DNA of 64,000 nt from Octopus sinensis (Eukaryota), in the NCBI RefSeq assembly GCF_006345805.1, contig NC_043001.1:83700001-83764000 (forward strand), in the 5' to 3' direction. The stretch's first letter is position 1; each line of letters begins with the position of its first letter. The notes below the pieces were generated by a model that ran no database searches, was not told where the DNA came from, and saw only the letters and a program-made list of their open reading frames with translations. Position numbers and translations under genes: made by a program. This document shows, one piece after another, positions 49,750 through 62,067 of the stretch.

Positions 49750-50412
49750 TTACAACATCACATCACATATGATGTGCCATACTAATACACACACCAACTA
49801 ATACATACTAATACGTACTAATACATACTAGTACATACTAATACTTACACCAACCCTATACACACACTTCCAGACCCCGCATACGCACTTATACTCTCTC
49901 ACACACACACACCATACCTATACATACAATACGTACTAAAATACATACTAATACATACACCAACCCCATACATACGCATGTCCAGACCAATCTTACGCAC
50001 TAATACTCTCTCATACACACACACACACAACACACACACACCCTTATACATACTAATACATACACCAACCCTATACATACACACATCCAGACCCCTCCCA
50101 CGCACTTTTAGCTGGTCCCTCAACCCTTTTATCAACCCTATTATCCCCTTATTTCGCTCGTCGCGTCCATGTTTGATCTTTGACCTCTGGCCGAAATCAG
50201 ATCGCCATGTTGATTCGTTAGCTACTGCACGCATTTTTTTTCTCTCCTTCTTTCTATGTTTTTCTCTCTCTGTGTATCTTTCTGTTGAAGAGCGTAGGCT
50301 CGAAACGTTAAAGACTTGTTTTATTTATATTTCCTGAGCGCCATACTAATACAATTGTTCGTTTGTTTTCCACCTGCCTTCGTCTTTTGTTTATTTTCAT
50401 AAAGCTTCCCGT

Positions 50413-50415
<3 letters not shown>
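49750..50415 (+). mobile_element. PLE pLTR-like segment with minimal hammerhead (50277-50314), nested in a family B SINE
   Basis: TCTTT-CTGTTGA-A-GAGC(gtag)GCTC-GAAA-CGTT-AAAGA (A6U variant), followed by the TTCCTGAGCG..ACTAATACA tail shared with 5820-6010; SINE halves at 49175-49385 and 50450-50592. Confidence 0.65.
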
Positions 50416-50452
<37 letters not shown>

Positions 50453-50719
50453 TACGACAGGCTTCTTTCAGTTTCCGTCTACCAAATCCACTCACAAAGC
50501 ATTAATCGGCCCGGGGCTATAGCAGAAGACACTTGCCCAAGATGCCACGCAGTGGGACTGAACCCGGAACCATGTGGTTGGTTAGCAAGCTACTTACCAC
50601 TCAGCCACTCCTGTTGTTTTCCTTATATACATAGCGATACAGCGTGCATATGATCAAGATTTTAATGAACTCATTCTGGTCACTCATTCTGGTCACCCTC
50701 TCACCTGCTGATTAAGGCG

Positions 50720-51065
50720 ACATATGCTGAGACACCCTTCGGTCATGACACAGACCATGGGATTGCACCTAGAAAGTTACCCTCTCAGGCACAAGTCCGG
50801 GCAAGGTTGTTTATGGAAAACCAGCAGTCGCCCATGCATACCGGGCTCCCCCATCCACGCCACCAGTGTTATCCAAGGGAAAGGCAGAGGCCGATACAGC
50901 TTGGCGCCTGTGACGTCGCAACGCATTTCTACAGCTGAGTGAACTGGAGCAACATGAAATAAAGTGTCTTGCTCAAGAACACAACACACAGCTCGGTCCG
51001 GGATTCGAACTCACAACCTCACGATCGTAAGCTCGACGCTCTAACCACTGAGCCATGCGCCTTCA
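50720..51065 (-). mobile_element. tRNA-derived SINE (variant family)
   Basis: Minus head GGCGCATGGCTCAGTGGTTAGAGCG...GAGTTCGAATCCC followed by CORE-like GTTCTTGAGCAAGACACTT; no tRNA acceptor-stem closure. Confidence 0.8.
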
Positions 51066-51259
51066 TACACACACACACACACACACACACACATGATGGT
51101 CTTCTTTCAGTTTCCGTCTACTAAATCCACTCATAAGGCTTTGGTCGGCCCGCGGCTATAGTAGAAGACATTTGCCCAAGATGCCACGCAGTGGGACTGA
51201 ACCCGGGACCATGTGGCTGGTAAGTAAGCTACTTTATTTCATGAAAATTTGCCATTAAG

Positions 51260-51740
51260 GCGTTACATAGAGGGGACATACAAGTACAGACAAACATATA
51301 GGGTGTAGTAGCTTCAATCGTTTTAGTATTTACAATATAATGTGTACAATATTTACTATATAAAGTTTACAAATTCAATATTACACAGTAGGGCAAGGAA
51401 CCCAGCCATCTGGGTAGAACCTTTACTTCTTGATCCGGCCACACTTACCTGGTGCCAAATATACCCAGCTTGCAAGCTACAGACTTCCATCTTTTCACAA
51501 ACTTATCTCGTGACAGACACCTCTTCTCCAGCCTGATCTTACTACCGAGGTGGTAACTAAAAAAGTTAACCAACCCCTGGCCGGATACAAAGGTACCTGT
51601 CACTATACCTTTCGTACGCGTCTTCCATATTGTTTCTTTCAGTATGGCTACTACGCAGGAAAAACAAGCCTTACTTTCCCTGCTGAGGACCACACAGCCA
51701 CTCCTATATATGTAATTTCCTAAACACATATCCACTTGAA
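51260..51740 (-). mobile_element. L1/Tx1-like LINE 3' fragment
   Basis: VAILKETIWKTRTKG...GQGLVNFFSYHL...FVKRW, homologous to the 23290 and 58757 copies. Confidence 0.7.
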
Positions 51741-52119
51741 ATATGGTTGCATTTCCAAGGAAAATAAAGAATATATATCTATCTGTCTATCTATATCAAT
51801 GTTTTTTTTTTATGTTCAATTATAATAAAAATGATTTTACATTAATCTGATGGGTTACTCTATACTTGTTTTATTTGTTTTTGTTTTTTTTTCTTTTGTA
51901 AAATACAAATTTGTTATTCATATACAAGAATTTTGTTGACAATGATCTTGAAGTTTCAACCAGCTAAGCCGTCGACCACTCCATTTTTGCCAACTTGTGA
52001 ACTGGAGGAACATGAAATGTAGTGGTTTGCTTATGAACAACGCATTGTCCGGTCTAGGAATTGAAACCATAGTCTTATGATCGTGAGTGCAACACCCTAA
52101 CCACACTTTATATATATAT

Positions 52120-52171
<52 letters not shown>

Positions 52172-52480
52172 AAATTAGTGTACATTTAAACACAAAAGAG
52201 GTAACCCTAACAGGACACCTATCATGCTAGAAGGAACAGTCAAAGTCCAAATCACGGTTAAGAGCAATTCAGAAGGGAATGGAAAATACAATCGGTGTAG
52301 GAGTGGCTGTGTGGTAAGTAGCTTGCTTACCAACCACATAGTTCCGGGTTCAGTCCCACTGCGTGGCACCTTAGGCAAGTGTCTTCTACTAAAGCCTCGG
52401 GCCGACCAAAGCCTTGTGAGTGAATTTGGTAAACGGAAACAGAAAGAAGCCCGTCGTGTATACATACATACATACATACA

Positions 52481-52537
<57 letters not shown>

Positions 52538-52540
<3 letters not shown>

Positions 52541-53115
52541 TAATCCAAACATGAAAACACAAAGAGAAAACACAACAACGCGAGGACGTGGAACAAGTAT
52601 AGTGTTATTGAACGCTCCGGAAAGGAAAGAAAGAAGGAGGATTTAACGTTTCGAGCGGAGCTCTTCGTCAGAAATATAGGAAAAGGAAAGATCCAAGGAA
52701 GGGAAGATGGAGGAAAAAAATCGTCAACGATACACACGCGGTTTTGTATTGTTTTTGCTGTCTTGTTTTGTTCTTACTGTCCTGTTCTTGTTACCACTTT
52801 TACCTCTTCGCAAAAAAATCCCAAATTTTATTTAATTTGCTTTGCGGGAAGGACTGTTTTAACGAAGTCGCGTCTTGTCCTTACCTTCAAAACGCGGAGT
52901 AGACGAAACAAGGACAACTGAAGAAGGGGAATATTCCTTGTGTTGTATGTCTTGTACTCTGTTTTTTCGTTGTTTGAAAAAAAGTTCGTTTCCATGTTTT
53001 TGTTTTTATGTTTTCGTTTCTCATTGTGTTCAACGTTTTTTGTTTATGTCCTGTACTCATATATGCATGTATATATACATATAGATGTAGGTACGCACAT
53101 ATATGTATGTATAGA
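52538..53115 (-). mobile_element. Composite PLE-like insertion in a family B SINE, with a canonical minimal hammerhead at 52641-52675
   Basis: Minus strand: ATTT-CTGACGA-A-GAGC(tcc)GCTC-GAAA-CGTT-AAAT. Segment 52741-53115 is the reverse complement of the 39860-40300 family. Confidence 0.75.
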
Positions 53116-53138
53116 TGCATATTATATTATATGTGCAT

Positions 53139-53230
<92 letters not shown>

Positions 53231-53373
53231 CCCCTCTCCCCATCACCGCTTGACAACCGGTGTTCATATGTTTATGAAAGAAGCCGATAGAATAAGTCCT
53301 AAGTTTTTAAAAACCTGGGGTCGATTTGTTTCAGTCGTGTGACTGAAACAAGTGAAATAATAAAAAGAAAGGA

Positions 53374-53406
<33 letters not shown>

Positions 53407-54061
53407 TGTGTGTGACTGTATGTGTGTGTGTGTGTGACTGTATCGATCAGACTATCGGACGATTTTTATACACAACTGGTCGCAATACGCTTCTTTGCAT
53501 TATTGTAGTTTTCGAATGATAAGGCAGGCAGGCCGACATTCCCCGTTAAACGGAACGACAATCTGTGTGGTTTAGAGCAACGTGAAATGAAGTATTTTTG
53601 CTGAAGAACATAGCGCACTGTCAACCTGGGAATCGAAACTGCGATCTCGCGATCGTGGGTGCAACAGCCTAATTAGGTCACGCGCCTATATGCTCATACG
53701 CGCGCGCCTTAATCACCTGCTAAGTCTTGCGGAAAGTACAGTGCACAAGACCTTTTTCAAACACCATTACCGACACGTTAAAGTTAATGTTTCGTTTAAA
53801 CTGAAGTCAGCTTCTTATTTCTTTATTGCCCACAAGGGGGTAAACACAGAGGGGACAAACAAGGACAGACAAACGGATTAAGTCGATTACATCAACCCTA
53901 GTGCGTAACTGGTATTTTATTTATCGACTCCGAAAGGAAGAAAGGCAAAGTCGACCTCGGCGGAATTTGAACTCAGAACGTAACGGCAGACGAAATACCG
54001 CGAATCGTTTCGCCCGGCGTGTTAACGATTCTGCCAGCTCGCCGCCTTGAAGTCAGCTTCT

Positions 54062-54310
54062 GTCGGACAGACATGAGCAAGGAAGAGATTCCGGAGAGAC
54101 GATGTCCTGGGGAGAAAAGATTTGGTAGAGTGAGTAGTTGGTGTCGGGCGAAGATAGTTGGAGGTAGCAAGCCTGACGAGAGGTGGAAAGACGAATGGGA
54201 CTGGGGAACTCAAGTTGTGGAGCTGCGCGACTAGCCAACATTGTGGGACAGGAGGAATTATAGAAGCGACAGAGGAGACGGCACCCCTGTTGAGAAGAAA
54301 GGTAGCTGGA
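54062..54310 (-). mobile_element. CR1/Jockey-like LINE 3' remnant
   Basis: Minus translation TTHSTKSFLPRTSSLRNLFLAHV resembles the SF.PRT...WN.LP C-terminal motif; split by a SINE with TSD TGAAGTCAGCTTCT. Confidence 0.5.
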
Positions 54311-54975
54311 GCGTGTCTGTGAGTGATTTGATTACAATCAGGGGTTCTGAACCATTTTTTAACCTTTCAGTATGCTGTATTTATTTACTGATACTCCACT
54401 GGTAAAAATGAGTAGTACCTGTATTTTGAAGGGCCACCCTTGTCACACTCTGTGTCACGTTGAATCTCTCTGAGAACTACGTTAAGGATACACATGTTTG
54501 TGGAGTTCTCAGCCACTTGCAAGTAAATTTTACGAGCAAGCTGTTCTTTTGATCGGATCAACTGGGACCCTCGTCGTCGTAACCGACGGAGTGCCAGTCG
54601 GTATGTTGTAACTTTTTGTCAGTATATAAATACTAAAGGGTCCAGTGCATTGATTTCCTCGAGGTCCTCTTAGGTCTAGGACTCCACTTTCTGCTTTATA
54701 TATGCTGTGGTTTGATGTCAATAGAGAAATATAGGGCCCACAGGATTTTCCCGGGGACTTATAATGTTGTTGAAATGGCCTTTGCAACCCCGGACAATTC
54801 ACACTATAGCTACTCCTCGGTCTAATCCATGTCTACACACGGAGTATGTCGTTGTTCAGTTTTATTTCAAGATTTCTTGCCAGTAGAGAAAAAGCCGGTT
54901 TCTAACCCAGATCCAAGGCTCCTTCATTGGAATTAACCATAAACAGCCACAGTCATGCTGTGCTTACATACATAA

Positions 54976-55017
<42 letters not shown>

Positions 55018-55212
55018 ACAAACACACTGACACACACACACACACATTGACACACACACACACACTGACACTGATACACACACACACACACGTACATATA
55101 AACATTATTATTATATTGAGTTATAATAAAAACAATTTTATATAAAACTAAAGGATTTACTAAATACGTTTTTGTTGAGCAAATGCTTACTATATTTTTA
55201 CATTATAATGGT

Positions 55213-55258
55213 GACAGTAACTTCGAAATTTCGGCCTGCTAGCCTTCATCAGATTGTC
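55213..55258 (-). ncRNA. Type I hammerhead ribozyme-like motif
   Basis: Minus strand: GACAAT-CTGATGA-A-GGC(tagcag)GCC-GAAA-TTTCGAAG-TT-ACTGTC. Canonical core; stem I has one mismatch. Confidence 0.6.
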
Positions 55259-55567
55259 CAATGAAAACCAGCTGGCCGAATCATACGCGCGCGCACACAC
55301 TCACATATGAAGGGTTTATTAATTTCCCTTATTTATGTAGGATAAAACGATATACAAAAGATTCATTGCTTATTCTTCTATTGGACATACAAAAGTTATA
55401 TTAGCAGGATTAATCGGGGCGGGATTATTGTAGGTCGAGAAAAGACTGTATTAATGATGGTTTGTCATGGGTTATGTTCATGGGGGTTATATATATATAT
55501 GTAACATATGGTATAATTATAAACTGGGCAAATTTTAGCCATTCCTCCGCACACTGAAAAAAAAATG

Positions 55568-55605
<38 letters not shown>

Positions 55606-55606
<1 letters not shown>

Positions 55607-56940
55607 TGGCTGTTGGAGCCGGCATTGCTCGTGTTTTCCGTGTTGAAGTTAAGCCCACCTCTGACCTTGTATTGAAATCTTCTACGTTCCCTGTGCCAAC
55701 TATTACCCATTAAGATGTTATATCTGGTTCGGCAGGGATTTTACCCGGTTAACGCTTTCGACATACTCCTACATACTGGACCGTCTGAAATCGCAGTCAG
55801 ACTTTTGGGTGCATCTCGATCCGTTGAGAGGGATGTTTGTTTATTTCTCTCCCCTTAATGCCACCCTCTGTATAAAATTGATCAGCATGCCCAATCTCAT
55901 CAAAATCCGAAGAAAGGTGTTAAGGTTATGTCATAAAATAGAATCCATGTGACCATTTACATGAAAATATCCCATTCACTTTTAAATCCCAATACATTAT
56001 ATGAATAATCGATATTTCATATGTCGGAAGTGCTAATTTTACTCATGGGTCAATTTTCTTCAAAATCAGTTCGTTATTTTATTGTGAGTGAATTTTGACG
56101 ATTTCTGTCTTTCACCAGTTTAATTTTAATTCTATTTCCTGACTCCGACCATAAACTTTACCTAAATATCAAATTTCACCAAAATCGGATGAATTCTGTA
56201 AAAGTTACAGCATAAAATATTAATCCTACGGGTAATTGCATACAGAAGCCTAATGATTCCTTAAAATCCCCCGGTCACGCGCAGTTATCAATTTCTTTTC
56301 CTGCTGGCATCAACTAATGTACATGAACTGTAATCACGTGCAAAATTTCTACAAAATCGATAAGAATGTCTCTAAAAAAATGCTTATTTGCCTTCGTACC
56401 CTTTCAAGCCCTTTTGAATTAAATAAACAACTTTACCGTCTTCCTCACCACGAAATTTAACTATATCTCAAATTTCATTAGAATCGGATAAAAAATATAA
56501 AAATTACGGCCAAAAATAAAATACCTATGGGTATTTGCACGCAAAAAGCCTATTGATTTTATAAAACCACTGCTCAGGCGCAGTTATCGATTTTTTGTCA
56601 ACGCCATATACTGACATCAACTTACTGCTATGAGCTTCGCTCACTCATCGATTTTCATCAAAATCGGAAAAAATGCAAAAGCTGCCGGAAAAATATCATC
56701 GTTATGGGAATTTCAATTCAAACGCCCGATTGAGCTAAAAAAAAATCGATGCCAACTGAGCATTATCGAGTTTTCAAAAAATTCCGGCCTTATTTGGACT
56801 TCAGGGCATGTGATCTACCTATGTGCCAAAATTCATTAAAATCGGTTGGACGGTGTAGGGGGAGTTAGATTAACCCCAAACACACACATAAACAGACACC
56901 AATACACATTTATGTATGTATGTATGTGTATATATATATA
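55606..56940 (-). mobile_element. Non-autonomous Helitron-like element with internal subrepeats
   Basis: Recurrent CAAA(A)TTTCA..AAAATCGG motifs (about 55900, 56170, 56341, 56470, 56655, 56827), microsatellite near one end, hairpin plus CCAG-T at the other. Confidence 0.55.
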
Positions 56941-57384
56941 TATATATTTCATCATGTGTGTGTGTGTATTCACGAGAAGTTTTCATTATAACTTTACTGA
57001 AAGTTTTATTCACTTGTTACGCCCCATTCTGAAGTAACCCCTGCCATCTTTATCCTACACGGAGGGGCTTGCATTCCATCTTGAGAAACATTGGTCTCTC
57101 CCTCAAGTCGATGTTGACATACCGTGTCTCTTTGCTGACATCTAAATACTATGTTTGAGTATAGAGTGGCTACCTACACACTGTATTTGTTTCTATCTAA
57201 TCCCTGAAGGATTTGGGGTAGAGATTCGGGTAGCGGTTCCCCACCCCACCCACGCCGGACGACTTTTGAGTCTCCTCCATAAGCTCGAGTAGGGTGGTTG
57301 ATCGGGACGAAGCAGAACGGGTTACGGCAAATTCAATGACTACCTTCAATGTCGTCGTAAGGCATAAGCATACTGCACAGTTAC

Positions 57385-57990
57385 CTGGGACCCAGTTTTG
57401 ATCTGTGTATGTTGTGGCTTGTTATCAGTAAATAAATACTACAGAGCCCCCGTGCATTGATCTTCCTGGGGGCCTCTTAAGTCTAGGGACCCAATTCTGC
57501 TCTGTGTATGCTATGGTTTACTGTCAATAAATAAATAAGATAGGACTCCGTGCATTGATCTGCCAGGGGGCCTCTTAGGTCTAAGGGCCCAGTTTTGCTC
57601 TAGGTATACTGTGGCCTGCTGTCAGTAAATAAATAGTATAGGACCCCGTGCATTGAGCTGCTAGGGGGCCTTTTAGGTCTAGGAACCCAATTCTGCTCTA
57701 TGTATGCTGTAATCTGCTGCCAGTAAATAAATGCTATGGAGCCCCGTCCATTGATCTGCCTCGGATCCTCTTAGATCTAAAGGCATCCAGTTCTGCTCTA
57801 GGTATGCTGTGGCCTGTTGTCAGTAAATAAATCCTATAGGGCCACGTGCATTGAGCTGCCAGGGGGTATCTTAGGTCTAAGGACCCAATTCTGCTCTAGG
57901 TATGCTGTGGCCTGCTGTTAGTAAATAAATACTATAGGGCCCAGTGTTTTTATTTTCCCGAGGATCTATAAAGCTGCTGAAATGGCCTTG
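57385..57990 (+). repeat. ~99-bp minisatellite (about 6 units) ending in a hAT-like terminus
   Basis: GGACCCA(A/G)TT(C/T)TGCTCT..GTATGCTGTGG...AGTAAATAAAT...GTGCATTGA.CTG...GGGGCCTCTTAGGTCTA at about 57387, 57486, 57585, 57683, 57782 and 57881. Confidence 0.85.
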
Positions 57991-58165
57991 GCTACCATGG
58001 GCGGTACATACTCTAGCTATGCCTCTGCCTAAACCACGTCTACACACGGAGTCCGTCAGTTCCTCCACTTAGTCACTACACACTGTATCTATCTGGTCAA
58101 TAAATATTTACACGCTAAGTCACTTTATACGATGTACATCATCTACGCACCGGATCTGTCTATGC

Positions 58166-58434
58166 CAGCCGTTCCCAACCATTTTTTGCCTATGGACCCT
58201 TTTGATTCATATTTTACTCTACCAGGCCCCTATGTTTTTTTAAAAAAAATTCTATCATATTTCTATGATTAAATATTATTAGGAATTGCATAGAAAACAT
58301 TGTTAAACTATTTTGTTTTGTAAGAAGTATAACTGATTTTATTGCACAAAAATTTTAAATAGAAACTTTTATGTGGACCTCCAGAGGTCACATGGACCTC
58401 CAGAGGTCACATGGACTCTAGTTGAGAATCACTG
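58166..58434. mobile_element. hAT (Charlie-like) MITE
   Basis: CAGCCGTTCCCAAC / GTTGAGAATCACTG ends; 8-bp flanks GTCTATGC / ATTTATAC fit an NTNTANAN-type target. Confidence 0.65.
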
Positions 58435-58756
58435 ATTTATACCATAACAAAAACACAAGAGAATGATTGCTGCTTTAGATTCGGTTAGATTCCTAGCAGT
58501 ACCGTTTCACTCAAACTCCCGTTTCATTTTTCTCATAACCTCCTTAAAATGTCAGATCTCATTTTTACGTAAAAAAACCCCAAATATATAAACAAAAAAA
58601 AACATAACGTAAGTGAAGATTCTTAAACGATTTCAATCTCTAGTTGAATTTAATTTACATTTTTTATCTTTTACTTGTTTCACTCATTGGACTGCAGTCA
58701 TGCTTGGGAACTATCTTGAAGAGCTTTAGTCCAACAGATCGAGCCCAGTACTAGGG

Positions 58757-60450
58757 CTACCTGCTGTCGTCTCTTCTGTGCGTATTGACACTCGAGCCAC
58801 TGCTGCAGAAGCTGGAACAGCTAAGGGGCATCCCTTTCCAACTGGGACAAGGAAGGGTAGTGTCGACATACGCGAACGACGTCACTGTCATGGTGTCGGA
58901 CGCCTCCGAAGTGGAAACGGTCGGAACCATCCTAAAGGAATATGAGTCCGTTGCAGGTGCTAAAATCAACGCCGACAAATCGGTGGGTTTGCGGTTGGGC
59001 TCCTGGAGACGGTGTCGTCGCACGCTGCACCGACGGGCCAGTTAAATTGTTCGGGGTCTGGTTTGGTCCCGACCTCCAGGTTGATAAAAAAATGGGCAGA
59101 AATGGGCTGAGAGGAAGTTGTCCTTGAAAAGTCGGGCGGAGATGGCGAATGCTTACATCTCCGTATTTCATTTATCGCCTGACCGCCGTGCCTTGTCCCG
59201 GTTACTGATTGAACAGGTTGGAATGTCTCTTGTTTAAATTCTTATGGAGAGGATGCGTTCCAATTGTCAGGTGGTCAGCCTGTTGCCAGTATCCTCTGAG
59301 TGGCGGATTAGGTATGCCGTCACTCCTAATGCGCAGATACGTTCTTAGGTTATTCCACCTGCAACGATTTCTGGACGGAGAGCGTGTGTGGGCTCCGTCT
59401 GGGAGGCTCGTCTTTTCGCAGCTCGTCTCCCTGACGGAGTTGAGTGAAGATAAAAACCGAGACTGGGCGCCTGGCACCTAGAATGTTATCAGGTGCTCAC
59501 ATCTCTCTAGCAGTAGGGCGGTGGGATCGGTGGATGTTCTGCTTTAGAAATGTATAGAGCATTAGTTGCGGGGAAGTGCAACGACGCTCTCGGGGAGACT
59601 CTGGGCGTCGACAAGAACGAACTGGCTAGTCTGTTCCGGTCAAGAACTATCATGAATAATTTCCAGATATACTTGGCCTAGCAGTGCTACCGGCGGGCGC
59701 TACCGGTTCAAAATACACTCTACTGGCACGGATGTGCTGTCAGAGGGGCTCGTCCGAGGTGTACGCAGTGACGAAACCATTCTGCACGTCCTCGTTCAGT
59801 GTCCAGGCATTGCTGACTTGTGGGGTTATGTCGAACAGCTGCTGTCACGTGTGGGGCGTTTCCGACTGTCGCCCGAATCTGTAGTGATGATCGCACCGCT
59901 GCCCTCCTTCAATCAGGCAGGCAAGGCAGTTTTCCTTTGCCTGGTTGCAGTGGCGAAAGAGGCTGTTTGGTGGACAAGGCTGAAAGGCATGAGGACAGAT
60001 ACATTCCTCTTTGGTACAGCTCTCATTGACTTCTTCAAGTTTCACTTAAAAAGGAAATAGAGAGTGGAGAGGAAAGTGCTGTCTTCGAGTGAGTTTACTG
60101 AAAGATGGTGAAAGTTGCTAAAATGGCAAGAATCAATGGTACCTCTCTAAGTGTTGACCTATGAAGTCGGAGAGAAGGAATTGGAGAGGCCACTTGCTCC
60201 TGGGGTTTCAGAGAAATCTCAGACAGTGGCCTTCCCTAGAGGCCTTCCTGTACCAGGAGGGCCACATTTCTATCATTCTCCTGTCATTTTTTAAAAAAAT
60301 AACCCTTCTCTTTCACTGTATACCGTGTATACTTAATTTCTTTCTTTCTTTTTTTTTTAATCCTTTCATTATATGTAAACAACCCCCACACTTTGAATGT
60401 CTGTCTGTGTGTTGTCTCCTCATCATTCGCCCTTGTGGCAAAGATTATTA
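58757..60450 (+). pseudogene. 5'-truncated L1/Tx1-like LINE (RT C-terminal half, zinc finger, 3'UTR)
   Basis: LSSLLCVLTLEPLL, STYANDVTV (YADD site), GAKINADKS, VKLFGVWFG, GGLGMPSL, DETILHVLVQCP; frameshifts and stops. Confidence 0.85.
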
Positions 60451-60789
60451 TTAGTAATGATAAGGTGAGCTGGCAGAATCGTTAGCATGCCGGGCGAAAT
60501 GCTTAGCGGTATTTCGTCTGAGTTAAGGCGGCGAGCTGGCAGAAACGTTAGCACGCCGGGCGAAATTCTTAGCGGTATTTCGTCCGCCGCTACGTTCTGA
60601 GTTCAAATTCTGCCGATGTCGACTTTACCTTTCATCCTTTTGAGGTCGATAAATTAAGTACCAGTTGAGTACCGGGGTTGATGTAACCGATTTAACCCCT
60701 CTCCCAAAATTTCAGGCCTTGTGCCTATAACAGAATGGATTTGGCAGAATCGTTAGCACGCTGGACGAAATACTTATCGGTATTTATTC

Positions 60790-60990
60790 AATTTTATTCA
60801 ACAAAAGCAATAACAATATTTAACAAAAACATCTTTAAATGATTATTCCGACCGTCTGCCAAGCAAATGGGAAGCAGTAATTGAAGTAAATGGTGAATAT
60901 GCTCCGGAATAATCATTTAGAGATGTTGTTATTGTCTTTGTTGAATAAAATTTGAAAAAAAAAAGCCGCAATAATTATGCACCAACCCAA

Positions 60991-60992
<2 letters not shown>
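60790..60992 (+). mobile_element. Mariner 3'-end foldback derivative
   Basis: Encodes DRLPSKWEAVIEVNGEYAPE*; ends in a mariner-type TIR CCGCAATAATTATGCACCAACCCAA-TA; the left arm is an inverted copy of the 3'UTR. Confidence 0.75.
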
Positions 60993-61026
<34 letters not shown>

Positions 61027-61337
61027 ACATCATCATCATCATCATTATTATTATCATCATTATCATCATTATTATTATCATTATAATCATTTTATCATCA
61101 TCATTATTATTATTATTATTAAACATCATCATCATCATCATTATTATTATCATCATTATCATCATTATTATTATCATTATAATCATTATTATCATCATCA
61201 TTATTATTATTATTATTATTATGTTTATTATTATTTTTATAATTACTATTTAAAATCTGGTGCTTATTCTGTTGGTCTCTTTTGCCGAACCACTAAGTTA
61301 CCGGAGCATAAACAAACCAACAAAGAAATGGGTTCTC

Positions 61338-61392
<55 letters not shown>

Positions 61393-61959
61393 CACACACA
61401 CACACAAACACACACACACATACACACACACGAGGGGTTTCTACACACTTTCCGTCTATCAGATTCACTTACAAGGCATTGGTCGGCCTGTGGTTATATA
61501 ACACAAGATACTTTGCACGGTGTACTGTGTTGTGATACTGAATTTGAAACCACGCCATTTGTTGTTGTAAAACGAGCATTTTTAATCACACTTCATTATA
61601 TCTACATCCAGCAAGGTGGACCGAGTCTGCATGAGTTAATCAAAATATCTCGTTCATGAATGAATTCAGTATAGTTTTCTTGCGACGAACAGGACACGGA
61701 AGCTGGCTATCTTCTGCCTTATATCTTCTGTTACTCTATCTACTTGGTCAGTTTATTCCTCTGCCGTCTACAGCAATATTTCTCTGCATACCACACATGT
61801 TGCTGCGCAGTAACATCGTAGCAGACAACATGCATATCACACATGCATATATCACAGTGCATTCTGTGAAAATATCTAACAAGTGAGACAGTGGGGGGTG
61901 AGGGGTGCTGTATGAGGAGTAGTAATACATCTCTTTCTGCATCACTTCTCTCCCCTCTC

Positions 61960-62003
61960 TCCGCTCTCTATCTATCTAGCTACTCATCTATCTATCAACC
62001 TAC

Positions 62004-62067
<64 letters not shown>

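Noticed and set aside
50985-51065. tRNA gene candidates (also 21733, 37261, 42136)
   Set aside because: A and B boxes are present but cloverleafs and acceptor stems are incomplete, and each continues into a SINE body.
57385-57990. CRISPR-like periodic array (also 20494-20792)
   Set aside because: Whole units are homologous with no unique spacers, there are no cas genes, and the context is eukaryotic.
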